64,000 nt of DNA, from positions 2,528,001-2,592,000 of the forward strand of contig OZ241986.1 in NCBI GenBank assembly GCA_965204375.1, written 5' to 3'. This document shows, one piece after another, positions 49,163 through 58,456 of the stretch. Both the position numbers and the translations under genes were made by a program. The DNA is from Candidatus Latescibacterota bacterium. Lineage in GTDB: Bacteria; Latescibacterota; UBA2968. How positions within the stretch are numbered: the stretch's first letter is position 1; each line of letters opens with the position of its first letter. The notes below the pieces were generated by a model. The model searched no databases and was not told the DNA's origin. It was given only the letters and a program-made list of their open reading frames with translations.

Positions 49163-50047
49163 GTGAAACGAATCGCTAAAATTTTGCTCCTCTCCATATT
49201 GTTACTCATTGCGTTGTCTGTTGCGCTATCCATCTGGAGGAAACCGATGCCCGATCATCCTTTTTTGAAAAAAAACGCGGGTGTTGAAGTGATTGCACAC
49301 CGGGGGGGATGGCGATTGTGGCCCGAAAATACACTTTACGCTTTTCAACACGCCGTAGATCTCGGCGTGGATATGCTGGAAATGGATATTCGCAGCACAA
49401 AAGACGGCCACATCGTGGTCTTTCACGATGAGACCGTGACGCGCACGACCAATGGCAATGCGCGTGTAAACGATTTGACACTTGCAGAATTGAAACAGTT
49501 AGATGCTGGATACAAATGGTCGGCAGACAAGGGCACAACTTTTCCCTTTCGCGGAAAAGGAATTGTGCCCCCAACACTGGATGAAGTCTTCGCGTCTTTT
49601 CCACACATGCGAATGACCATTGAAATCAAACAGAAAGAGCCAGATATTGTCGAGGCATTTGGCAACCTGATTCGCCACCACGGGATGCAACACCGCGTGC
49701 TGGTCGCGTGTTTTGACACCCGGACATTGAAGCGTTTTCGCAAACTGTTTCCCGAAGTTGCGACATCGCCGGGAATGACGGAAGGAATGATCTTTTACGC
49801 CCTGTGCTGGTTGCATTTGAGCGCGGTTTATCAGCCCAATGTCGAAGTATTGCAATTCCCACTAAAAATGGGACCGATAAATGGCAACCATCCACGCCTT
49901 TTATCAGGGGCACGCAAAAACAATATACAGGTACAAATATGGACTGTAGATGACGAATCGAAAATGCGAATGCTGATTGAAAACGGGGTGAATGGCATCA
50001 TCACTCGCCGGCCAGATCGCCTGTTAAAAATCCTGGGGCGAGAATAG
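49163..50047 (+). CDS. Glycerophosphodiester phosphodiesterase
   Basis: IAHRGG, PENT, EMDI..TKDG..V.FHD, IEIK, WTVD. Confidence 0.93.
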   Translation: MKRIAKILLLSILLLIALSVALSIWRKPMPDHPFLKKNAGVEVIAHRGGWRLWPENTLYAFQHAVDLGVDMLEMDIRSTKDGHIVVFHDETVTRTTNGNARVNDLTLAELKQLDAGYKWSADKGTTFPFRGKGIVPPTLDEVFASFPHMRMTIEIKQKEPDIVEAFGNLIRHHGMQHRVLVACFDTRTLKRFRKLFPEVATSPGMTEGMIFYALCWLHLSAVYQPNVEVLQFPLKMGPINGNHPRLLSGARKNNIQVQIWTVDDESKMRMLIENGVNGIITRRPDRLLKILGRE

Positions 50048-50072
50048 GTCTTTCACAAACGGAATAAATACT

Positions 50073-51536
50073 ATGCCTGAACAAATCAACTTGCTTTTTA
50101 TATTAACAGACGACCAGGGCTATTGGGCGATGGGATGTGCGGGCAATTCGGAAATTCGCACGCCAAATCTGGATCGATTGGCCGCAACGGGATTGCGCTT
50201 TGAGAATTTCTTTTGTGCATCGCCGGTCTGCTCGCCAGCTCGGGCTTCCATTTTAACGGGCCGCATTCCATCGCAACACGGCGTACAGGATTTTTTGCGG
50301 GCAGGCAATTCAAATATCTACGGCGCAGATGATCGGGCTATCGAATATCTATCGGGGCAAACAGCATATACAGACATTTTATTTAAACGGGGTTATACGT
50401 GTGGTTTAAGTGGCAAATGGCATCTGGGCTATTCGGAAAAACCGCAGAAAAGTTTTGCATTTTGGGATGTTCACGCAAGTGGCGCAGGACCGTATTACAA
50501 TCCTCCGATGATTCGCGACGGCAAAGCGTATCAAACATCGGATTACGTGAGCGATCTGATTACAGATAATGCATTGGAATTTTTGGAGCCCCAAAAGGAC
50601 GCAGATCAACCATTCTGCTTGAATGTCCACTACACAGCGCCTCACGCGCCCTGGGGGCGCGAACACCATCCACCCGAATTATTCGAAGATTATTATCAAA
50701 ACTGCCCTTTTGAATCAACGCCCAACGAACCCATGCACCCCCAGCAGTTGTCAAAGACGGGATCATCGGGTTCTTTGGGATTTACGGAAGAAGAACGCAA
50801 AGAAACACTCAGCGGCTATTTTGCCGCAATGACCGCAATGGACACCAACGTGGGTAGATTACTGGATTGGCTGGAAGCCAATGGATTGCGGGAAAATACA
50901 CTCATCGCATTTACAAGCGACAATGGGATGAACATGGGGCATCACGGGATTTACGGCAAAGGCAATGGGACATATCCGCCGAATATGTTCGACACCTCGG
51001 TGAAAGTCCCCATGCTCTTCTCGCATCCAGGTCACATTCCCGAAGGCAAAGTTATTTCTTCACTGCACAGCCATTACGACATCATGCCTACTTTATTGGA
51101 CTATCTCAACGTAGAAAATCCCGACTCCGACTCCCTTCCCGGGCGCAGTTTTTCCGCATTATTAGAAGGGCAAGAAATAGGTGGCGACGACCAGGTGGTT
51201 GTATTTGACGAATACGGTCCCACGCGAATGATCCGCACCTCAGAGTGGAAATATGTCCATCGCTATCCCTATGGCCCTCATGAATTCTACGATTTGGTAA
51301 ACGACCCAGACGAACGACAAAATCTGATCGCAGAACAAAAACATCAACCTATTCGAGAATCGCTACAGGCCGATCTGGATGCGTGGTTTGTGCGCTATGC
51401 CGATCCCGAGCGGGATGGCTCGCGCGAAGCCGTGATGGGCAGAGGACAGTTAGACATTGTTGGACCTGCTGCAAAGGGGCGGAAGCGGTTTGGCGACGAT
51501 GTCGTTTTTGAACGCGACAACAAACGGAGGTCTTGA
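50073..51536 (+). CDS. Cys-type sulfatase (paralog of 40031-41404)
   Basis: LTDDQG, CSPARASILTG, GKWHLG, SDNG. Confidence 0.93.
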   Translation: MPEQINLLFILTDDQGYWAMGCAGNSEIRTPNLDRLAATGLRFENFFCASPVCSPARASILTGRIPSQHGVQDFLRAGNSNIYGADDRAIEYLSGQTAYTDILFKRGYTCGLSGKWHLGYSEKPQKSFAFWDVHASGAGPYYNPPMIRDGKAYQTSDYVSDLITDNALEFLEPQKDADQPFCLNVHYTAPHAPWGREHHPPELFEDYYQNCPFESTPNEPMHPQQLSKTGSSGSLGFTEEERKETLSGYFAAMTAMDTNVGRLLDWLEANGLRENTLIAFTSDNGMNMGHHGIYGKGNGTYPPNMFDTSVKVPMLFSHPGHIPEGKVISSLHSHYDIMPTLLDYLNVENPDSDSLPGRSFSALLEGQEIGGDDQVVVFDEYGPTRMIRTSEWKYVHRYPYGPHEFYDLVNDPDERQNLIAEQKHQPIRESLQADLDAWFVRYADPERDGSREAVMGRGQLDIVGPAAKGRKRFGDDVVFERDNKRRS

Positions 51537-51538
51537 TA

Positions 51539-52669
51539 ATGGCAGATCTACTTTCAGAACGCATTGTACGCATTGAAAAAGTAATGTTAAAAAGTCGGCG
51601 TCCCCGCTTTGTGGGCGTAAATTCCAAAGGTGGTCCAGGAGGAAATATAGTTACGGATCACGTCGTTCGCATCCATACAGATAGCGGAGCCATTGGCGTT
51701 GGCTGGTCGCGCATAAACCGCAAACAGGCCGAACAGTTTTTGGGAAAAAAATTGAATGAACTCTTCGCATTGCCCAACGGCTGTTTAGAAGCGGGAGAAA
51801 GCATCGACTTGCCTCTGTGGGATCTGGTGGCAAAACTCTCGGATATGCCATTGTACAAACTGCTGGGCGCTCGCGGTTCCCAGGCAGTGGAACTCTACGA
51901 CGGATCGGTCTATATCGACGACCTGGAAGCGACAGATGACGAAGCAGTGTCAATTTTCCAGGAAGAAGTAAAAACCGGACAGCAATACGGATTCAAAAAT
52001 TTCAAAATAAAAATTGGACGCGGGGCAAAGTGGATGCCGATTATGAAAGGTCTGGAACGGGATGTGCTCGTCATTCAAACAATTCGAGAGGCAGCGGGGC
52101 CAGACGCCAAAATCCTCGTTGATGCCAACAATGGTACAACGCTGAATATTGCCCAGGAAATTCTCAAACGGTGTGAATCTGCAAGGATTTACTGGTTTGA
52201 GGAAGCCTTTCACGAGGAACGGGGGTTCACCGAACCTTTTAAGGCATTTATTCAGGCCTCTGGTTATGATACTTATGTCGCAGATGGCGAGTCAAAACCA
52301 CCGTCGAATTTTTTTGACATGGTAGAACGCGGCTGGATTGACATTGTGCAACACGATTTTCGCGCCAGGGGATTGACCTGGTGGAAAGCGACAGCAGACA
52401 TGATCGCGCCCTGGGGTGCGCAATGTGCCCCGCATTGCTGGGGCAGTATTATCGAACGTTACGCACACGCGCATTTTGCCGCTTCGATTCCAAATTTCTG
52501 TCTATTAGAAGCAGCCCCGGCAGATACGCAAGGCGTAGTACTCGACGGTTGGGAATTTCGGGACGGTCACCTCATAGTGCCAGATACGCCGGGAACGGGA
52601 TTTGACCTTGCGCCTGAAACAATCGCACGGGGAACACGCGAAGAAAGCGGGTTTTGCATTTCTGTATAA
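51539..52669 (+). CDS. Mandelate racemase/enolase superfamily protein
   Basis: WDL..K...P.Y.LLG, KIKIG, VDAN, WFEE, DGE, PH. Confidence 0.88.
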   Translation: MADLLSERIVRIEKVMLKSRRPRFVGVNSKGGPGGNIVTDHVVRIHTDSGAIGVGWSRINRKQAEQFLGKKLNELFALPNGCLEAGESIDLPLWDLVAKLSDMPLYKLLGARGSQAVELYDGSVYIDDLEATDDEAVSIFQEEVKTGQQYGFKNFKIKIGRGAKWMPIMKGLERDVLVIQTIREAAGPDAKILVDANNGTTLNIAQEILKRCESARIYWFEEAFHEERGFTEPFKAFIQASGYDTYVADGESKPPSNFFDMVERGWIDIVQHDFRARGLTWWKATADMIAPWGAQCAPHCWGSIIERYAHAHFAASIPNFCLLEAAPADTQGVVLDGWEFRDGHLIVPDTPGTGFDLAPETIARGTREESGFCISV

Positions 52670-52683
52670 AAAAGGATAACACG

Positions 52684-53784
52684 GTGAATAACACACTTGT
52701 AGTAGCTACCCCCCAGGATGTGGGCATGTCAGCCGACCAACTCGAACGAGCCTTTGGCCTGCTCACAACCGCTACAGAATCCGGGCAAATTGGCGCGGCC
52801 TCACTGACGGTTACAAGGCACGGCAAGGAAGTCTTCGCCCGGGGATGCGGCCAACAGCACCCTCGCACAGGCCAGCCGGTTGATATGGACTCGATATTTC
52901 TCCTCGCCTCAATCACCAAGCCGGTTACGGCCTGCGCGCTGATGATTCTCGTGGATCGGGGTCTGATCTCACTCAACGATCCAGCCATCAATTATCTACC
53001 CGAATACACCGGCGGCGACCGCCCTGCCGTCAAAGTGCGCCATTTGCTCTCACACATATCCGGCATGCCCGACATGCTACCCGAAAACACCAGCTTGCGG
53101 CAGGCGCACACACCCGTAGCTGGCTTCGTCGAACGGGCACTTCAGACACCCCTACTCTACAAACCGGGAACCGATTTTTGCTACCAGAGCATGGGCATCC
53201 TGCTCGCAGCCGAAATAGTCGAACGAGTCAGCGGGCAGCGATTGCGCGACTTCGAGCGCGAGGAGATCTTCGCGCCGCTGGGAATGGCGCGAAGCGCATT
53301 GGGTATGGGCGAATGGACACTTCAGGACGTGGTGTGGTGCGGCACGGACGCCGAAGAGGATGAAGAGCAACAAAGCTGGGGTTGGAACTCCCCATATTGG
53401 CGCGACTTTGGGGCACCCTGGGGCGGCATGCACAGCACTGGACGCGATCTGGCGATCCTATTGCAAACCATGCTCAACGGCGGAACTTACGGCAATCGGC
53501 GCATCTTCAGCCGCGCCGCAGTCGCGACAATGACGCGTGATCAAAACGGAACACTCAATGCGCCGTGGGGCCTCGGTTGGGGCGTATCCGGGGCACGGGT
53601 ATGGGGCTTTTGGGGCGACCTGGTATCGCAGCGCACCTTCGGACACACCGGAGCGACCGGCACGGTAGCCTGGGCAGACGCCGAGCGACATCTCAGTTGC
53701 GTCGTGCTCACCAATCAGATGGTCGCCGAAGGAAGCCTTCTGCGACGGGTTTCCAATGCAGTCGCAGCAGCAGTAGAAGAGTAG
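52684..53784 (+). CDS. Serine hydrolase, beta-lactamase family
   Basis: ASITK (SxxK), HLLSHISG, YQS, FGHTG. Confidence 0.88.
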   Translation: MNNTLVVATPQDVGMSADQLERAFGLLTTATESGQIGAASLTVTRHGKEVFARGCGQQHPRTGQPVDMDSIFLLASITKPVTACALMILVDRGLISLNDPAINYLPEYTGGDRPAVKVRHLLSHISGMPDMLPENTSLRQAHTPVAGFVERALQTPLLYKPGTDFCYQSMGILLAAEIVERVSGQRLRDFEREEIFAPLGMARSALGMGEWTLQDVVWCGTDAEEDEEQQSWGWNSPYWRDFGAPWGGMHSTGRDLAILLQTMLNGGTYGNRRIFSRAAVATMTRDQNGTLNAPWGLGWGVSGARVWGFWGDLVSQRTFGHTGATGTVAWADAERHLSCVVLTNQMVAEGSLLRRVSNAVAAAVEE

Positions 53785-53811
53785 TTTTCAGCCATACACT
53801 AAGGAGACAGT

Positions 53812-55533
53812 ATGAATACCGCAGCAAAAACTCGACAGACCAGACGCGACCGCGAACGCATTGCATGGTGGGAAGAAGCGCGGTTTGGCATGTTCATTCA
53901 CTGGGGCGTGTATGCGATTCCCGCGGGCAAATGGAAAGGCAAAGCCATTGAGGGCATTGGGGAATGGATTATGCGCCGCGCGGAAATTCCCGCCGAGGAA
54001 TACGAACAACTCGCCTCAAAATTCAATCCAATAAAATTCGACGCCGATGCGGTTGCCAAACTCGCGCGGGATGCGGGTATGAAATACCTCGTGATCACCG
54101 CCAAACACCACGACGGCTTTGCCATGTATGACTCTCCGTGCAGCGACTACGACATCGTCGATGCCACGCCTTATGGCAAAGATATTATGGCAGACCTCTC
54201 CAAAGCCTGCCAAAAATACGGCATTCGCCTCTGCTTCTACTACTCTCAAGATCAGGACTGGCACGACCCCAACGCCTCTGGGAATAACTGGGATTTTGAT
54301 CCCGCGACCAAAGACTTCGCCTATTATCTCGAAAACAAAGCCAAACCCCAGGTGCGCGAGTTGCTCACGCAATACGGGCCTATCGGCCTGATATGGTTTG
54401 ACACTCCCGTCTCTATCTCTCTGGAACAGAGCCTATCGCTCTCTCAACTCGTCCACGGCTTGCAACCCGACTGTCTCGTCAGTGGTCGCGTGGGCAATGG
54501 CGTGGGGGACTACGGCAGCCTGGGTGACAACCAGATCCCCACCGGTCGCCTCAAAGGCTACTGGGAGACACCCGCCACCCTCAACGATACCTGGGGCTAT
54601 AAAATCGATGACCACAACTGGAAAAGCGTGAAAACACTGCTTCACCTTCTCGTTGAGCTCACCAGCAAAGGCGTCAACTACCTGCTCAACATCGGGCCGC
54701 GTGCCGACGGCAGTGTACCCCAGCCCAGCGTCAATCGCCTTCGCGCCATTGGCGAATGGATGAAAACCAACGGCGAAGCGATCTACGGAACCAAAGCCAC
54801 GCCATATCCCTATGAATTTCCCTGGGGCGGCATCACGCAAAAAGACAACCGCCTCTACTTGCTCTTTACCACATGGCCCGGCGAAGATTTCACCCTTCTC
54901 GGCCTGCACAACCGCGTTACAAAAGCGACCTTGCTCGCTGATAAAAGCGCGCACATCGACGTCTCTCAAACCCGCGACAGCGATTGCGATATTCTAACAT
55001 TGCGCCTGCCCGAATGTCCCGATCCAAATGTCTCGGTCATCGCCCTCGACCTCGATGGCGCACCCGACGTCGATCAAACTGCCCTCCAGCAAACCGATGG
55101 CTCTATCACCATGATCGCCAGCATGGCGAACCTACACACGCCCGAATCGGGAACGCAAATCCGCATTGGCGAAACCGGCGTCATTGAAGGCTGGTTTGAC
55201 ACATCCAACTGGATCGATTGCGACTTCAAAGTTTTCAAACCCGGCACCTTTGAAATACGCGTTCACACCAGCACGCTTCGCCGCGTCCGCGAATGGACAG
55301 GCGGCCACGAAGTGTGCGTCGATATTGCGGGCAGTACATTCCACAAAACCATCACACCCGATGTCTGGAGCGACAGCCCCAAAGCGCAGTATTTCCCCGA
55401 AGCCGCAACCATTATCGGCCAGATTCAGCTCGACAAACCCGGCCTTCACACCATCGAAGTCCGCGCAGAATCTATCAACGAAAACTCCCAGGCAGGATTA
55501 TCTATCTCGGCTATTTCCTTGACACGCCAATAA
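53812..55533 (+). CDS. Alpha-L-fucosidase (GH29) with C-terminal beta-sandwich
   Basis: RFGMFIHWG, AKHHDGF, WFD nucleophile, LLNIGP. Confidence 0.92.
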   Translation: MNTAAKTRQTRRDRERIAWWEEARFGMFIHWGVYAIPAGKWKGKAIEGIGEWIMRRAEIPAEEYEQLASKFNPIKFDADAVAKLARDAGMKYLVITAKHHDGFAMYDSPCSDYDIVDATPYGKDIMADLSKACQKYGIRLCFYYSQDQDWHDPNASGNNWDFDPATKDFAYYLENKAKPQVRELLTQYGPIGLIWFDTPVSISLEQSLSLSQLVHGLQPDCLVSGRVGNGVGDYGSLGDNQIPTGRLKGYWETPATLNDTWGYKIDDHNWKSVKTLLHLLVELTSKGVNYLLNIGPRADGSVPQPSVNRLRAIGEWMKTNGEAIYGTKATPYPYEFPWGGITQKDNRLYLLFTTWPGEDFTLLGLHNRVTKATLLADKSAHIDVSQTRDSDCDILTLRLPECPDPNVSVIALDLDGAPDVDQTALQQTDGSITMIASMANLHTPESGTQIRIGETGVIEGWFDTSNWIDCDFKVFKPGTFEIRVHTSTLRRVREWTGGHEVCVDIAGSTFHKTITPDVWSDSPKAQYFPEAATIIGQIQLDKPGLHTIEVRAESINENSQAGLSISAISLTRQ

Positions 55534-55550
55534 ACGAATAGGAGGATATT

Positions 55551-56567
55551 ATGCCACTGGAAGTATTTGCCCTATCGCCCGAAAAGATGGAACTGCGGGA
55601 ATATGAGGTACCAAAAGTTGGAAAAGGACAGATGAAAGTGCAGAGCATGTACGCTGCTGCCAAGCACGGAACCGAGTTATCTGGCATAAAAGGCGACAGC
55701 GCGAAACGCGGACCTTATGATCCGGAACTCCAGGTATTCCCAAACACGGGCAAAGGACGGTCGTCTCGTACCGGCAATATGTTTATAGGCACTGTAATCG
55801 GCGAAGGCGTGGATGGGTTTGTAGAAGGCGACGTAGTGCTGAGCTACGGGCCATTTAGAGAAGTCCATGTCATCTCGACAGAGCGGTGCTGGAAGGTACC
55901 AGAAGGGTTTTCGTGGAAATCCGCGGTCTGTTTGGACCCGGCGGATTTTGCCATGTGTGCGATCAGAGATGGACAGGTAAGGGTCGGAGACGCCGTAGCC
56001 GTGTTTGGGATGGGAGCCATCGGACTGATGGTCGTACAAATCGCCAAACTATCCGGGGCATATCCAATTATCGCGGTCGATCCATTGGTAAACCGCCAAA
56101 AAGTGGCTCAAATCTGCGGTGCCGACCTGATCCTTGACCCCACAACCTGTGATGCGGGCGTAGAAATCAAAAAAGCAACCGGGAACCGGGGAGTAGATGT
56201 GGCAATTGACTACAGTGCCAATGTACACGCCCTGCAAGCTGCCATACGCGGCGTAGCATTTGGAGGCACCGTGGTAGCTGGTGCCGCGCCAGCACCTTAT
56301 GGTCCCGGACTGGATCTTGGCGCAGAAGCGCATTACAACCGCCCCAATCTCATCTTTTCCCGGGCATGCAGCGATCCAAACCGGGAATATCCCCGATGGG
56401 ACGAAAAACGCGTTTACGCCACCTGCTGGCGACTACTCACCGAGGGAAAACTAACGGGCGAACCCATTGTAACGCCCGTAGTCGCTTTTGAAGACCTCGT
56501 CACAGAATATCCCAAAATCACCAGCAACCCCGAACAAAATATCAAGTTAGGAGCTTATTTTAAATAG
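55551..56567 (+). CDS. MDR-family (zinc-binding-type) dehydrogenase
   Basis: HGTE, VFGMGAIG, VDP. Confidence 0.82.
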   Translation: MPLEVFALSPEKMELREYEVPKVGKGQMKVQSMYAAAKHGTELSGIKGDSAKRGPYDPELQVFPNTGKGRSSRTGNMFIGTVIGEGVDGFVEGDVVLSYGPFREVHVISTERCWKVPEGFSWKSAVCLDPADFAMCAIRDGQVRVGDAVAVFGMGAIGLMVVQIAKLSGAYPIIAVDPLVNRQKVAQICGADLILDPTTCDAGVEIKKATGNRGVDVAIDYSANVHALQAAIRGVAFGGTVVAGAAPAPYGPGLDLGAEAHYNRPNLIFSRACSDPNREYPRWDEKRVYATCWRLLTEGKLTGEPIVTPVVAFEDLVTEYPKITSNPEQNIKLGAYFK

Positions 56568-56642
56568 CACTCGGCGTACAGACAACGTGGATGCGGGTAT
56601 TCTTAACACCCTTAAATCCCGATCCGAGGAAGGAAGGCAAAG

Positions 56643-57185
56643 ATGTCCAGCACAGAAATCAAACTTACTTCTGAAGACTACCTGAAGATGCCAGGCGATG
56701 AACGCTATGAACTCTTGAACGGAGAATTGGTTATGGCACCGGCACCACGTACAGATCATCAGATGGCTGTGATGAACCTGGGATCGCTATTGCATATATT
56801 TGTGAAAGAAAAAAATTTAGGCGTAGTGCTTGCTGCTCCCACCGACGTGGTGCTTTCGGACATAGACGTTGTGCAGCCAAACCTGTTGTTTATCTCCAAT
56901 GAGCGCGTGCATATCATCACAGATGAGAATATTCAAGGCGCGCCAGACCTGATTATAGAAGTCCTGTCTCCATCCACAGCCGAGCGCGACAGAATGTTCA
57001 AACTCGATTTGTATGCCCGGCACGGCGTAAAAGAATACTGGCTTGTAGATACCGATGCCAAAACCGTAATGGTCCTGCTCTTAGGCGAGCACCGCTTCGA
57101 GGTGATGGACATCTACGGAGAAGACCAGACTTTGATTTCGCCAACCTTGAAAGAATTCTCCCTCAATATTAGTGACACAATTTAG
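56643..57185 (+). CDS. Uma2 family putative endonuclease
   Basis: YELLNGEL..APAP..H, GAPDLIIEVLSPST, YARHGVKEYWLVD. Confidence 0.9.
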   Translation: MSSTEIKLTSEDYLKMPGDERYELLNGELVMAPAPRTDHQMAVMNLGSLLHIFVKEKNLGVVLAAPTDVVLSDIDVVQPNLLFISNERVHIITDENIQGAPDLIIEVLSPSTAERDRMFKLDLYARHGVKEYWLVDTDAKTVMVLLLGEHRFEVMDIYGEDQTLISPTLKEFSLNISDTI

Positions 57186-57293
57186 AGACTAATGCCTTTG
57201 TAAAAGACGGCTACAACACTACGATTCGATAGGGTGAGTCAATGTGCTATGCGCTGTTCGAGAATTTTGGCCCACCAAGATAGAACCCAACAC

Positions 57294-57324
57294 AAAACAG
57301 CCATCCAATGTGGGTGGCTGTTTT
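57294..57324. terminator. Bidirectional terminator between convergent genes
   Basis: AAAACAGCCATCCA/TGGGTGGCTGTTTT. Confidence 0.7.
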
Positions 57325-57389
57325 CTTCATACGTATTTGTGAATTGAACCACTATCCGCCAGCCTGCCCTGTCGCCCACTGTTCGCGTC

Positions 57390-58308
57390 TCATTCTTCGG
57401 AATAACGTTGCGTAACCGCATTTGCGGCTTCGTCGAGGCCAGGGAAAAGACTCTCGCGGATGATATTCAAGAGCCGCAATTCTCATAATATCCTGCTTAC
57501 TCGTGTATGGCACCTTGAGCGTGTAATAGTCGTAAACTGGAATGTCGGCGTTCCGATTCAGGATTTCATCGCGCTCAAACCGCTCGTGAAACACCGATCT
57601 GTTCCAGTATTCTGGAACTCATCCATACTGTCTCGCTTTCCACAGTTTTGCTTTCCATATTTGTGAATGAGATATATTTGTGTTAATGAGCTTTGCAGAG
57701 ACGAGATTTGCGCCAGCGACTATCGCTTTAGTCAGGTTAGCTTGGGTGAGATTGGCAGAAAAAAGATCGGCAGAGGAGAGGTCGGCTTGGGTGAGGTTCG
57801 CGGAGGAGAGGTCGGCATGACGGAGTCCGGCACAGGCAAGCTGGGCATTGTAAAGAATGGCATTGGTGAACGTGGCGTCATCCAGTTTAGCACTGATGAG
57901 ATTGGCCTGGAATAAGTTGGAAGCATGAAGATTAGAGGCAGTAAAGTCAGCTCTTTGGAGGTTGGCAAAATCGAGATTGGCCTTCTCAAGATTAGAACCT
58001 TCAAGTTTCGCTTCTTGGAGGTTCGCACAGCGAAGATTGGCTCCTGAAAGGCACGTATTGTAGAGGTTGGCTCTTTTCAAATTGGCACCGCTGAGATTAA
58101 TGCCGCTCAGATCCAGGTCGCATCTTTCTGGATTCCAGTACAGGCGTCGAATCTCAGCCGACATATCTGCGACAAGCTCTGCGCCATATCCAAATTCGCC
58201 GACAATATCCGCCCCCTCTAAATCCGGCACAAAATCTTCGCGCTCGCGTCTTTTGTTCCATGCCTCAACGCCTTCGAGAAGCCATTGAATGTGTTGTGTA
58301 TTCGCCAT
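57390..58308 (-). pseudogene. Pentapeptide-repeat protein (ORF 57619-58308) followed by a broken FRG-domain C-terminal remnant
   Basis: GVEAWN, A(N/D)LxxA repeats; after the TGA the same frame reads ..YTLKVPYTSKQDIMR and a shifted frame reads LRLLNIIRESLFPGLDEAANAV. Confidence 0.65.
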
Positions 58309-58409
58309 ATCTCTTACTCCTCTGACCCTCGCTGCTCGTCTCTCGCCTTTTATTTTCTCATCCCTATTCTTATATGCGCCTATGCTACGGCCTCTGACCT
58401 AAGGGTTTT

Positions 58410-58450
58410 ATCCTGATCATCCTTTCATCCTGTAAATCCTGATTCTGACA
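58410..58450. repeat. Short degenerate ATCCT(G) tandem repeat ending ATCCTGATTCTGACA
   Basis: Four ATCCT units with 8-9 nt period directly after the selB stop. Confidence 0.55.
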
Positions 58451-58456
58451 GTGTTT

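Noticed and set aside
57352-57621. In-frame TGA next to selAB followed by a hairpin (GTTCCAG/CTGGAAC): possible new selenoprotein
   Set aside because: The hairpin abuts the UGA (too close for a bacterial SECIS), there is no Cys/redox context, and the downstream part is frameshifted FRG debris, so a pseudogene explains it better
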